A stretch of 63,938 nt of DNA, the filler included, from Perkinsus olseni (Eukaryota): the NCBI GenBank assembly GCA_013115125.1. It is 3 parts of 3 records of this genome, joined end to end, with 100 filler letters (N's around TTAATTAATTAA, not from the genome) between each part and the next. Parts side by side here need not be neighbours in the genome. Positions count along the whole stretch, not along the records: positions 22,172 to 44,236 come from JABANN010000547.1; positions 44,337 to 63,938 come from JABANN010000595.1; 1 more part is not named here. One strand, given 5' to 3'. The notes beneath the pieces were generated by a model. The model had not been told where the DNA came from. It searched no databases and was given only the letters and a program-made list of their open reading frames with translations. The translations under genes were made by a program, and so were the position numbers. Of the stretch, positions 35,501 to 47,825 are shown one piece after another (position 1 is the stretch's first letter; each line of letters begins with the position of its first letter).

Positions 35501-38500
35501 CTTGAAGACCTCATCGAGAGCTGCCGACAGGTTGCCGTAGTCCACCTTGGGTCGTTCTGTTGTCGGGAACAGATCAGATATGATATTCTCGAACAGGGGC
35601 AAGTCATCCTGGAGGAACTTCGGCACGTTGACATCCCGCAAGGCTCTCAACACGATCTGGTCCTCGCCGAGCTGGTCACCCAGCGTCCTCTTCAGAAGCC
35701 CACAAGCATCGATCGTCGACTTTACTGCCCTCATACCATAATCGTAGTGGTCTTGTGCAGACAACTGAGAATACGAAGCATCCCAAATTCACCGGTTAAT
35801 TACACTCACCTGTTCACTCGACAGCTTGAAGGTTCCGACCATTTTCCTGGCGTACTCGCGAGCCGCCTCGAAGCCGTAAGCATAGAGCATGATCTCAGCG
35901 ATGAGTGCGTAGTCAGGAACCATCATCGCCATTGGACGGAACAGCGCCTGACTTCGAGCTCCCGCCCAGACCCCACGGTGGCCGCCGACTCACCGCAAGA
36001 TTGTCCGGGAGTTCCGTCCTCCCAGCATATCCGGGATTCATAGTGATGAAAACGTTGAAGGTAGGCTTCATGACGATCATGGAGCCTTCGAATTCTAGCT
36101 CCTTGGTTTCTAGAGTTGTGAGAATATCAGTGGCGAGGGGCAGTGATGAAAACTTACGAGAGTAGCTGGCGAGAGATGCCTTGGCGCCGAATAAGACTAG
36201 TAGTTGTTGGGCAATGACGGACAACACTTCGATGTAGATACGGTTGAACTCATCGAAGCAGCACCTGAAAGGCTAAGTGCTCGAGACAGGAAATCGAGCG
36301 ACATCCGGTTGGTCACACTCGTAACCGTGAGGGGGACTAGCTCAAATGGTAGAGCGCTCGCTTAGCAAGCGAGAGGCACCGGGATCGATGCCCGGGTTCT
36401 CCACTTTTACGACCCTGCCCAAACCCTCAACTTACCATGCTCCTGAGTAGGCCAGTCCCTTGAAGAACTTTCCCACCATCAGGTAGTCCATCTCAGGTGA
36501 GCAGTTGAACACCACACACTGCTTCGCCAACGCCTTTGCCAGATCCTTCGTCGTCTCTGTCTTCCCTGTTCCAGCTGGCCCCGCCGGGGCCCCTCCCAGG
36601 TTCAAACTCTGCGCCCCCATCAACGTCATGTAGCACATGTCAGTGAGAGGTGTGATCACCAACCTCATCGTATTACCAAGATACTCATAACCGTAGGGGA
36701 ACTCCGTTCGGACGCACTTAACCCACATATTCTCCCTGCCCGTGTCATCCTCCTCCCAGTAGTATCTCAGCTGCGAGATCCACTCGAAGGCGCTGCACTC
36801 AGACACCCCTTCAGCGTGAAGCTTCTGAACGACGTCCTTAGCATGGACATCGATAACGATGAGCGCCCCGATAGCTGTCCTCTGAGCCTTCGAAAGCCCC
36901 CTTCTGATGAGTGCAACTAAATCCAGCAGCTGCTTTTGACACTGCGCATGGTACTCCTCGACTCTATTCTCCTGGATAGCATCCTCCACCTCGGCCGTCC
37001 AATGCACTTGGGAGCCATTGAGGACAGCCTGAGCCGCATGGTCCAGCACCCACTGACTCCGAGGACTCTCCTCGTAGCTGATCACCGCCCTAAACAGCAC
37101 CTCCCTCACCGCCTCCCTCATCTCCTTCTCCACGTCCGACATCCACGACTCCACATTAATTCCTCTGGTCAACACCGGCGTCACGTAATCGATAATCTCT
37201 CCCTCGGCTGAGTGCATCTGTGTAATTTCATTGTCGCCCTCGAAAGTGAGCTTGCTCATGGCCTCGAAGACCTTATTCAAGAACGGCTGCACCCTCGTGG
37301 GGTCCTTCGTCTGGGACAGTATCTCCAGCAACTCCTCGTTGGCCAGGAAATAAAATCGCGCGAACAACGCTCGCTTCGACTCCAAGTAGTCCTCCAGGCC
37401 CTTCTGTACAGTCTCGAGAATCACATTTGCCTCTCGGAACTTTTCCAGCAGCCCCTCGCTGGCGCATATCTCCACCACCTTAGAATTCTGGTGAGCATCA
37501 GCCATCGTCTTCCTCCATTTTTGGTCAACATTCCTGAACCTCTTACTCTCACTTGGCAGCTGCTTTACAATATCCTCAGAGTCGAATATCGGTTGCAAAT
37601 ACATCCACGCTCGCTGCAGTTTGAGCCACTCATCCAACGTCTCCGATACCCTCATCAACCTCTCCGCCCAACTGTCAATGTCCTCCTCGAAGACCTTCTT
37701 GTACAACGAGAACTGCATCGCTTGAACTGTGACAATATGCTCATCAAGTAGGTTCAACGCCTCGTCGCTCCCCTTCAGAATGTACGTGCCAGTGTTCCTG
37801 TACTCCTCCTTAACATCAAAGTAAATTCCCTCCCACTCAGCCTTCATCGCCTCCAACTGCTTCTCCAAGGCCCACTCCTTGCCTGCCCTATCACCAACCT
37901 CAGCAATCTCCTCCGAGAACTTGTCAATGCCTCGCTCCAGCAGCGCTTCTAACGTGAACGGTTCCATCTCCGGACCAACTGTGCACCCTATTTTCTCGGA
38001 AATCATTTCCCAGTGCCGATCCCTCATTCCACCGTTTCTGAGTCCCACTACGACCGGCACATAAGGCTTGAAGTCCTCTAACTCCTTCCGAACTTGCTCA
38101 GCTATGCTGCATATACTCTGCAAGCTCGCATCCTCCTTCAGCTTGCGAATGGTTTTGTACATCAGTTTAATACCACCATTCACCTCTCCCTCACAGTGCC
38201 TACAAAGAACGGTGAAGAAGCTACTCTTCTCACTTTGGGAAATGTTATAGATGTTGAATCAAAGTCGTTTGTATAATAAATATGATAATAATCGACGGAG
38301 TAAATATACCCTCAGCTTGAGAGCCGTCCCTCAACAACCATCGGATACTACCGGGCGTCGACGTCTCCGAAAGGTCCCTTCCTCCACACGATTTTGTTCT
38401 TGTGCCAGTTAAATGCGGTTCTCCATAGATTAACATACGGTTCGAAATCCCTGAATCAACCAAAGATACCTCAACGCACCCGCAAGATTCCTACCTGCAA

Positions 38501-41323
38501 ATCTTCCCAATCCTCGAGTAGTCGGTGGTATCTCTATTGAACAGAGCCTCCCTGCTGTTGAACAACCTCGCCTGATCAACCGCGGCCTCGAGCCGTCCTT
38601 GAAGATCCTCCAACAAGCCAGAGACCTTCTCCACGTCGCCCAACTTGTCGTGCATCGAAAACGACGTCACCTCTTCCTCGAGGTTATCAATCAGCCCCTC
38701 AAACGTATCTTGGCTCGACGCTTGCTCCTCACAGAATTTCTCACGATCAGCACTGAGCTTTTCTGATAATTTCATGACGCGTGACACGATCTCCCCTGGC
38801 CGGCCATACGTAATCCAGCGCATATCAAGAGTATCTTTGTCGAGCTCATAAATCGTCCCGAACGTCCCAACAGCCTCATACATCTCCACGCACTCTCCTA
38901 CCTCACCCTCTATCTTCGCAACCTCCGCCGGTAAATGGGTTAAGAATTCCGTCATTTCCGAAACCGTCTCGATATCGGGAATTTCACACGCAAGCTTATC
39001 AAAGATTTCATCGTATTTCGGTTGGATTTCGGCCATCATTTTCTCCTTCAATTTATCCCCCTCAATGCGGAGCACTCCTTCGGCCACTGCAAGGAGCTTC
39101 TCAGCGATGCCCTGCGCGATCTCCCCAAACCCAATTTCGAACATACCAATCCTCACCGAACATGCCGGCAATCTCATCAGTACCTCCTCTCGTCGGCGCA
39201 ATTTCGCCGCGACAATTTTCTTCACTTCGTTCGCTGACACTTGCTCCTCCAAAGTTCTATACTCCTCAAGCTCAGCTTCCACATCGATCGTTAGGACATC
39301 TTCCAGGTCCGTGAACGACCTTAGATACTCGTCCAGCCACTTTTCATGTACCAATATACTCGCCCTGACCCTCGAGCGGCCCTCTTTGACCCACTGATCA
39401 TCATCTCTAAATCCTTTAGACAGCTCACCATCCCGCATCATATTCGGGAAGAGCAACCGTTCAACACTCGACAAGTTGTCCACCGCTACTATGGACTTAT
39501 TATATATCTCTTCCGCGACCTCTGCGAACTCCGCAGGGCTTCTAGTGAATGCAAAACATGGCACGTACTCGATTTCCGGCTTCCTCTCCTCTGCAGGCTT
39601 ACCTTCCTCCTCAGCGGCTGGGGGCGCTTCTTTCACCACTTCCCGTTGGCTCACCACCACTTCCGTCACAAACAAAGCACCGCACTCACCAACCGAATCA
39701 TCTACTGCATACTCTCCTGGCGTCCGCGCTTCGAAGAATGCCGCGAATTTTTCTACCGCCTCAACGTATATTCCCTTCAGTGCTTCCGATAAGAGAAATT
39801 GCACAAGTAGGAGAACCCTCCTCAATGGCGACTGCAGATACCTTATGAAGTTGGTCTCGTTGAAATCATACCGGCTCATCCCGGCTGACATCAAGTCCTT
39901 CACTACGGCCACTTTCACCGCTGGCAGCCACAGGTCCCGAACGTACGCCATCTGTGCTATGTGTAGGTCGTGAATCGAGTTGAACTGTTCTAATGTGAGG
40001 CTTCGAGAGAGCGCTTCCTCGTCCACTAGCAACGGGGACCGGATGCTGGCCAGGTCGTCGCACAATAGAATGGTCGAATGCAATGCTGACACAACCTGAA
40101 TAGTATCAGCAACAATTTCGTGGCGCGTGACGATTTTCATAGTCTCTCACCTCCGCTCGACTTCGGAGTGAAACCCCAGAAAAGGTCAGTACTTGGTGCT
40201 TGACACTCCGGTATTCCCTCCAAGGGACCAATGGGGAGTATCCAACCGAAGGGACGTCCTTTCGTCTCTTCGGTGGCCACGCAATGTCTCGCAAGAGGTC
40301 GACTGTAGCGGCAGTTGTCACCATGCTTCGAGTCAGCATCATCCGCTTCATCTCGTTGGAGTAGTTCTTCTGTACTTCAACGACCATCGCGTCCACGCAA
40401 TCCGCTAATTGGTACGAATAATCGCCAACGCTAGAAGGCAAGCTGAAGGATAGTATCCTTTGCATCCAAGAGAGGTCGTGGTAAACCTGAATGAACCCAT
40501 CTTCGACATATGATACGCGCTGTTCGATGAATACGACTACCGCTTCGGTACAGACAAGAAGACCTCAATGCATGCTGAGCGAGGGAGGTGACAAAGAAAG
40601 GATGCATCATTCTTGTTCGACTAATGGGGGCTGCGCCGGAGTCGCGAGTTCAAATGCGCTTTAGGGAAGTCGGCCATCGGACTTTAGGAATATCACCAAG
40701 GAGCTCGCAAGGGGAATGCTTCCGTAGGAGCGTCTCCAATTGGTTCGATGCCGGGCCCGGGCCTACCTGTGGTGAGGTGCCAGCGAGAGAATCTTCTTCG
40801 ATGAGCAATCGAAGCCTGATCTGTGACTCAGCGTATCTACCGCAGACAGCTAGAGTCAACCTTAGGATACTTCATCCCACATTCACACTTAATCTGTCGC
40901 TACACTCACATTGCCACAACGGCAGCGGGGAGGAAAGCCAACACAGCGCTGTAGCAGCCGGCATCGATCCCTTTGAACCCACCTCCGCCTAGTGACGGCA
41001 GCCTTAAGGCGGTCAGCAAAGAGCGATGGGTTCTCTCCGTGTATACAAAGGAACATCGGCGACAGAGCTTGCTTGCCATCCGAGCTGGTCGCCGAGTCCT
41101 TCCACGATATGTTCGCTTTTCCGGTCGTCTCATCGAACCTGCCATAGCCGAGGCTCCGACGTAACCCAAGCAATTTAGAGACTCTAGCGTCGTAAGGAGG
41201 ATATGCGACGGTTGCAGGAGGATGGGCGTGAGAGAAGTTACTACGCAAAGCCCGTGAGCGCACAACAGGAACTTGTGCGCGATGAAGAGTACAATTACGT
41301 GGCAGCAGTTCGCTGAAGTTCAA
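23988..41323 (-). CDS. DNAH1: Axonemal (inner-arm, DNAH1-like) dynein heavy chain, multi-exon; the 5' end may extend further upstream
   Basis: [10 protein letters not shown]-loops [24 protein letters not shown] and GVGGSGRQS, a stalk, [26 protein letters not shown] and the C-terminus [23 protein letters not shown]...TGA. N-terminal [11 protein letters not shown] resembles the DNAH1 tail. The subfamily call is an inference. Confidence 0.95.
26782..26806. repeat. (CAT)n microsatellite in a dynein intron
   Basis: Eight CAT units just inside the 3' splice site. The poly-D reading in the ORF track is intronic. Confidence 0.9.
29472..29503. repeat. (GAT)n microsatellite in a dynein intron
   Basis: About 10 GAT units. 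Confidence 0.9.
30071..30137 (-). other. 67-nt dynein intron made of a degenerate tRNA (positions ~19-73) plus TTTTT
   Basis: G|GTAGGATT TGCGG CTCGTAA TGGAA AGGGC GTGGG TTCGATT CTAGG GTGTTGC A TTTTT CGTGTAG. The flanking exons join as ICIMFE/VKP. Confidence 0.6.
32007..32059 (-). other. 53-nt dynein intron containing an antisense tRNA 3' end
   Basis: The plus strand reads GGTTCGAATCCCAC GCCCTGC A TTTT. Exons join [16 protein letters not shown]. Confidence 0.7.
32753..32798 (-). other. 46-nt dynein intron made of a tRNA T-arm, acceptor strand and terminator
   Basis: GTCGATCCAGTGC CCGGG TTCGATC CCTGG CAAGGAC A TTTTT CAG. Exons join ARICR/VIRQP. Confidence 0.75.
36331..36403 (+). tRNA. trnA-AGC: tRNA-Ala(AGC), intact, antisense inside dynein intron 36265-36435
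   Basis: GGGGGAC TA GCTC AAATGGTA GAGC G CTCGC TTAGCAA GCGAG AGGCA CCGGG ATCGATG CCCGG GTTCTCC A. Full cloverleaf, G3:U70 Ala identity pair and a downstream TTTT. Confidence 0.96.
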
Positions 41324-41809
41324 TGCCGGAGCTAGCAGGGAGCTAGCAGGGAGCTAGGAGTAGGTACAGCAATGAGTCCCGTAGTGGCTGCGATGACGGC
41401 GGATGTGAGCTCGACTCAGCCTTCCGCTCTCCGGATGTGGAGGTAGGATACGGGAGACTGCTGACTGGACCCGGACCGGGTGTGGAATCCGGCAGTTATC
41501 TCGTGCCCTACTGAACCGTGGTGGCTTCCAACTCCTAGTTGGCAACAGACACGGGTCTGGTTGCTGGCTCTAATAGAGGTCGAACTGTTCACACTCCCAA
41601 CCTCATGGGAATTTCGTAGCCTTGCGCTAGACAGCTGATGGTATCCTAGGTTAGAGCCGGCAAGGGCCATCACCTCAGCTTCCGATTAACACAATCATAC
41701 GAGTGGCACACGGCGTAAGGGCTTACGAGGCTTTGAACCCTCGAAGTCACAGGAGAAAGAGCCAGAATATCGAGAAAGAGGAATTGAGCGAAAAGGAAAT
41801 TATTGGACG

Positions 41810-43123
41810 TTAACTTCCCCCTCGATACGAACGTCGTACGCAGAGCATCCAGGGAATAAGATTCCTAGCTATCCTAGACTCCCAGTCCGCCTGCAACAGA
41901 TGGTTAAGTTTTCCTAACGCGCGATACACGAGAGAAGATGGCCTCTGCATCGCAGGTCCATCATTGAAAGAACAACAACTTCGACCTGTCTTACGAGTAT
42001 ACGTAGCAGTCCCTAAAGACTCCAATCTTCCCCTCCTCCTTGAACAGGTATCTTCCAGCCAAAGGTCGACCTCCCATGGTACGGATGAACTCCTGAGCTC
42101 AGCATATCTTTGCGCACGCGGAAGAATCCACTCACGTTCCACTCATGTGGTGTACGCATCCAAAAGCTGGTATCGTCGAATATCTCTAGCGGTAAACGGG
42201 AGGCCTTCTCGAAGGCAGCATGCTCGAGCCACCGGAGACCGCGATTGGAGAGGCACGACTGAGAAGAGCCACAGCCCCTACAGAACCATCGGCTGAAGCA
42301 TTTTTTGAACGCGATCTCTCACTCTGATATAAACTCTACCACACCTGTTGCCTCATCGATGCCTCATTCGAACAGGGTACGTTACGGACAATTCGGCAAC
42401 GATGGGCAGCGCTTCACCTCAAGAGAGTCGTCCCCGGGACGTCGAGCGCCCGGTCTCCACTTGACAGTTTTCCTTATCTTTTTCGGCCGTTCATCGCCCT
42501 CGAAGTTTGACCGCATAACAACGCTTTTGTATCCTCGAGGTCTCACGAATACACCTAGAAGCTCGACTCATTGCCTTCTTTCGCCGCGGCCGTCGCCCCT
42601 ACCAGATTCTCGCCCACCGGAGAGCGCTTGCATCATCCAACATGAACCGAAGTTTTGCGTGTAGGCCTGCGGAAGGGCTCTGTTTCGGTCAGCTGAGTAT
42701 CGCCATTCGACGCACCTTCAAGTCCGTGAGAGAAGTACCCCGGCGGAGGTAGCGGTTAGTTTCTCGTAGTGAGGAGCTTTTCGATCGACTTAGTGAAGGC
42801 TTGCGCCCTACTAAAGGCGGCAATTTGGGAGATGCTTTATCGGGGTCTCGCCGCTTCATTCTATCAACTGGCAAGTGTAAAATCACACCAGTTTTCCCAT
42901 CCAACGCAATCTGTTCTTTTTCCGTGCGATTATATGCATCTTGCGCACTTGCTATTTCTAGAAGTTCCTCAACGCAACTTGACAGCGTCAGATCGATACT
43001 ATCGCGCATAAGGCATCCCCGATATTGATGCCATATCAGCGTAATTGGAGCTCTTGTCCGGGCATGCCGATGGACGGACTTCCTTACTTGCCAAGTTGAT
43101 GCTCTAACTGACGAATGTGACAC
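41810..43123 (-). CDS. Hypothetical multi-exon coding region (separate gene or extreme 5' exons of the dynein)
   Basis: Natural-looking exon translations (RDSIDLTLSSCVEELLEIASAQDAYNRTEKEQ...; LHAKLRFMLDDASALRWARI) separated by GT-AG segments. Confidence 0.35.
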
Positions 43124-43228
43124 TCTCGAGCATGGAAATGACCTTCTGAAGGGAATGGGTTTTTCCGAGCGGCGGTTGCTGATGATCAGCAGGTATCGAA
43201 TTCCTTCTCCGAGTATTAAGCAACTCCA

Positions 43229-44103
43229 TCCAAAAGGAGTCTAATCGTTGGATTTCTTCCATCCACTCGCATGCCAATGCGATTGGAACCTGCCTGTCGG
43301 CTAACCGGACATGAGGCGTGTGTCGTCCGAGGGACCTTCAGCAGCCATGGCAAGCTAGCGACGGCCAGTGCTGACAGCTCGGCGAAAATATGGGACCTGA
43401 GCGAAGGAAGGTGGTGTGGGGGGGGACTCAGTAGCGCCCTTAACTGCACCTTTTCTGTATCTTGCACGTTGGACCTAAGATGCTTCCCTCTCAGACTGGT
43501 GTCGACCCTCGGTGGTGTGCACACTTATCCTCTAACGGACTGTGCCTGGCACGGCGGCGGTAACTGGCTGGTCACCGCTTGTGAAGGAGGAGCTCTTCGC
43601 TTGTGGGACATAAGGACTGGTCAGAGGCCGTCCAATGTCTCCGCGGAATGGGTCGTTAGTAGAAGTGGTGGTGCTTCGACGGCCGCCCTCTGAGGGCACT
43701 CAGGGTGTGTCCTAACAGGTCGTTAGGTACTGCTGACAGTAGTACTCTCAGTACACTGTTAGTATTACTAACATTATCACCTAGTATCACTTAGTATTAC
43801 CTAGTAGTCCTGTAACAGTCTGTAACAGTACGCTTGGGCTTTTGATTATCTCATGCGTGAGTGGTCATAAAGAGCAGTTGTATGTTCACCTCAGTCGACC
43901 CACTCGTGTGTTGGTCATTAGGCGTGTCAGTCGGGTCTGCGAGGTGCGACGATCCGACTTACTGCGTGTCATTGGGTAACTCTCCCAACTCATGCTCTCT
44001 GGCTACTGGAGACAGCCAAGGGGTCCTCCACCTGTGGGACGTCAGACAGTGTGAGCCCAGGGGGGACGTCGTTCTCTACCGCGGTCGAGGTCGGCTTACC
44101 AAG
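43229..44103 (+). repeat. Inverted segmental duplication copy B, carrying the 5' exons of a WD40 gene (ATG 43271)
   Basis: Reverse-complement match to 22245-23114 with scattered substitutions and small indels, mostly in introns. Confidence 0.92.
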
Positions 44104-44236
44104 ACCGTGCTGGTTCAAATCCCATCGGGTCTATTTTTTCTGGATCATTCTCTTGGACTCAGTCGCCTCGCTCTCTAGTCACTACCCCTCGGACCATAAT
44201 AAACCCCACATTGATGCAGTGGCTTCGCACGCCCCC

Positions 44237-44336
44237 NNNNNNNNNNNNNNNNNNNNNNNNNNNNNNNNNNNNNNNNNNNNTTAATTAATTAANNNNNNNN
44301 NNNNNNNNNNNNNNNNNNNNNNNNNNNNNNNNNNNN
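44237..44336. other. Artificial contig linker (N44-TTAATTAATTAA-N44)
   Basis: Same 100-nt spacer as at 22072. Confidence 0.97.
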
Positions 44337-44408
<72 letters not shown>

Positions 44409-44443
44409 TACCCCCCCCCCCCCCCCCCCCCGCGGCGGGCCCG

Positions 44444-44478
<35 letters not shown>

Positions 44479-44564
44479 TTCCTCTTCGGCAAGGTAAATA
44501 CAGATATACCGAGGGCCTCAGCTTCACCTTGACCGCGTAGACTACGAATGCGAATGCGACGACT

Positions 44565-44822
44565 GTGGTGGTCGATTGTGGCGGTCGCCAACCCTTTCAG
44601 CAAGTCGGTGACTTAGTCGTCAGTGAGAGAACCAATATTTATTACGCCTTTGCGAATCCAGAACTCCCAAAGTTCATCGCTGATGTGGCGGAAACGTGTT
44701 CAAGACCTGACCTGCTAACCAGCTTTTCTTGCTTTTCTGTATTCTCAGCTACGGATGATAGAGTCTACGTGCAACTGAATGGTTGGAACGGACCTACCTT
44801 CGCTCTAGACAGAAGCGAGTAA
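44565..44822 (+). CDS. 3' exon of a lineage-specific hypothetical protein, 5' part lost at the contig end
   Basis: ...TNIYYAFANPELPKFIADVAETCSRPDLL...DDRVYVQLNGWNGPTFALDRSE-stop, with natural composition. Confidence 0.4.
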   Translation: MVVDCGGRQPFQQVGDLVVSERTNIYYAFANPELPKFIADVAETCSRPDLLTSFSCFSVFSATDDRVYVQLNGWNGPTFALDRSE

Positions 44823-45874
44823 AGGCGATCCATTCTGAGGTTTACTTATCTCGGCATCTTTGGTTGGTCAAACGCCCGGTGGCCTGTCTTTGCACAATTT
44901 CTAGCTTTCATTTTGTATTCATCTGCTGCTGCTGCAGAGGAGGCACTACACCTTTGGACGTTAGCTTTTGACTCAGACGTTCTGAGCGTCGGTTGCGCGG
45001 CGGTGATGGTGGCCGACTCTTCTGTCGGTTTCTGCCCTCCCTGAGGGTCCCTCAGTGTGGTTGCCTACTTCTGTCGGCCCGCTGACCTTTGCTCGGGTTG
45101 CTATGGCCGTCTTCCCCAGTCAACTCAGTGATGGGCCGTCTGAGGTCCGGGATTGATCCCATCGCGGTGTTGGCCAGACCCCCACTATTCAAGTTAGGCC
45201 TTTCTTCAGACCCAGGTGATGATGAGTTCAGTCTCGATCGGAGTAAACGTGAAAATTCTCACACCTCATTGCCCGGATTCATTTCGCAGGGTGAGCGAAC
45301 ACCCGCGCCGAGAAACTTAAAGGCTGTAAAACCGAATTCGCCGGCAAGCCGGAAGTAACTGTTAACCCGACTTAATGCGAATATTAATTCCGTTGAGAGT
45401 CTGTTTTACAAAGATATTAAGCTGCAGCCTCGCTGTGCCTTGTTGTCTGTGGCTGTTAATACGAACTGCGAGGTGGCAGGTACGAGGTGGTCGCACTTCA
45501 AATATATAGTCCAGTCAAGAAAATTTGTCCAGCTCAGCTCTGGACAATTGTCTCCAAAGTTCTGAGAGCAGCTGATCTGAACGATTTTGGACATGAGCAT
45601 GCGAAGAGTTCACAGCTCATTATATCAGAAATTTGCAGAGCTTTCGAATGGTGCGAGTTTCAAATTCATGGGAGATAGCGCGAGGTCACTGTGTAAATCA
45701 ACTCGGGGCTGGCAAAAAAATACTAAGAAGCCTTTTCCTCGATGAGAAGTGAGAGCTGTTTCGCGAGACTTATGAAGATGACACTTAACTACTCTTCTTT
45801 ATTATCTGTCATAGTCATCGGTCACGCTCCGCATCCTCTTGCCGTTTGTGCTGCGGGCGAGCGATGTGACCTCA

Positions 45875-47463
45875 ATGGCCGTAGTTGGTAGGGCAGCGAC
45901 ACGCTTCGCCGACGAGTGTTCGGACTTGTTGCACCGTATGGTTACATCTGAGAGGTCCGAAAGGACTACCTCCTCGCACTGGGCACGGTCGAGTGCCGGT
46001 GCAGCCGCTGCTGCTATTCAAGAGCATTACTCGATCAAGGGACTCCCCGGGGGAAGGCCTTTGCGGTTGAAGCAGAAAAAGTCTTCCAAGAGTGAGAGTA
46101 GAAACCTCTCCTGTTCTCTCGCCTTCCGGAAGATATCGAGCGTAGAGTCTTCCAGAGGATCTTCTTCTGTTCGATCTGTTTTCAAGTTTCCATCTGAATG
46201 CATCCTGATGACGGCACTGTAATTCCCTGCTGAGCATCAAAGTCGGATGAGAGAGAAAGCGGGGCTTGTGTTCCCATCGATAATCTGCGTGAGGGCGTGC
46301 AGGGTCGTAACGCAGTGGAGTCGGTTGCGCGACCACTGGCCGCCCTCCGCGGAGGCACTCACCATCATCCACCTCTAGCCTACGGTAGTCGACACGCGTG
46401 CGTGCTTTCAGGCATGATCCCCAAAGGCCCTTCCCTGAGGGGTGCACTCTCGTATAAAGACAAGATGCTCCATTACGACGCTTCCCTCACGGCTGCGGAG
46501 AAGGCCGGCTTGGTCGAACCCCCTCTGAAGCCGCTTACTGTGCAGGAGTGGCAGACGGCAAAGCTACTCTCCGACGGAAGGGTCGACGAGATTTGTTCAA
46601 TTTGTCGGGAGCCATACCGTGACTCATCGCAAGTGATTCTTGCCTGCTCTCACACTTTTCATGAGAGATGCTTTCTGAGCTACTTACGCTTCGCTGATGC
46701 GACGATCGCGAGATGTCCGGTCTGCCGGACCGAAGCCCATGATTGGACCACCCATGACGGCGGCCTCAACGCCTGGCGCAGCAGGAGTGCTACGAGGATC
46801 CAGCGCTGTTGGCGCGGCCACAGAGTGAGAGTACGGGTGATGGAGGGGCTACCTCCAGGCAGCCGTCTCCGAAGAAGATATGCGGCACAGAGGTTGAAGG
46901 CGACAGGACGCAAGATTGAGAAACTGGGCGAGGCGAGAAGGGTCGCGGTGGATAAGTTTCTCGGTGATGTCGACAGAAGTACCCTCGAAAGCAGTAGGAT
47001 GTTGAGGGAGAGCTTGGCTGCCTTCGAGAGTTTCAGAAACGGCATGAAGTCGGCAGAGGTGGCGAGTGGGACACTGTTAGTGTCTTTCGTTCAGAGCTCT
47101 CCGCTCCTTCAGAGAGGCCTGCCACCTGTTCTCCTGTCGGGTTCCGCGAGTCCGAGCTGGTTACACGAGGCTGTCGGCAAGGCCATCGAGCGTGGTGACT
47201 GCGAGTGTCCGATCTGCTACGACCAAGTAGACCATTTTCATGGACGGGTCCTCCTTAGGTAGGGCCGTCGTCCTCCTTAGTTAAGAACGATGGAAGAAGT
47301 TGAAGCACCCCGACAGCCGGCAAGGCGGGCCGTGACGATACTCTCCTGCAGTCACCTTTTCCATCAGAAGTGCCTCGACAGTTTCGAGTCCTTCAGAGTG
47401 TTCGAGAAGCGCTTCTGTCCAATGTGCCGGCAGGAGTACCACCGAAGACCATGGCCGTTGTAG
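45875..47463 (+). CDS. RNF32: RING-IQ-RING protein, RNF32-like (multi-exon; start may be 45938)
   Basis: LTAAEKAGLVEPP...LTVQEW, RING-H2 CSICR..ILACSHTFHERC..CPVCR, IQ motif ATRIQRCWRGHRVR, and a second RING CPICY..LSCSHLFHQKC..CPMCR. Confidence 0.88.
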
Positions 47464-47825
47464 AATGCATCCTCACAACATGAAATTCTCCATTCTACTT
47501 TCGCTCTTAGTTCAGTTCGGGCCTTACCGTTACCGTTGTCCACCCGGAAAATTCTAATCTGGAGCAGGCCTACGCACTGCAGACGAAATGTACAACAGTA
47601 CGGGAGCTCCGAGCTTTCGTGGACCGCAGCAGCAACGTCACATCCCCACGCTCTGCTCTACTTGCGGTGAGTACTGTGGTAAGATACCAGCTCACCCAGG
47701 CGAATGACAGATATAGGTCGACCTATCCTCATCCAGGGAAGATATGCGGTGGTGTATAGCCAACTCAATTGCAGTCCGTAAGAACAGCATACAACATTAC
47801 ATCATGGACAAGGCAACAACATGGA

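Noticed and set aside
38438-38465. GGTTCGAAATCCCTGAATCAACCA in a dynein intron
   Set aside because: The loop has an extra base, there is no paired T-stem and no T-run; too weak to add to the tRNA-relic set.
32276-39973. Long plus-strand ORFs (e.g. 33152-34003, 34703-36043, 37212-37751)
   Set aside because: Antisense shadows of long dynein exons.
44337-44478. Poly-C tract and the poly-Gly ORF 44289-44603
   Set aside because: A homopolymer at a contig end next to the linker, typical of sequencing artefact (poly-G reads). Not a gene or a credible G-quadruplex.
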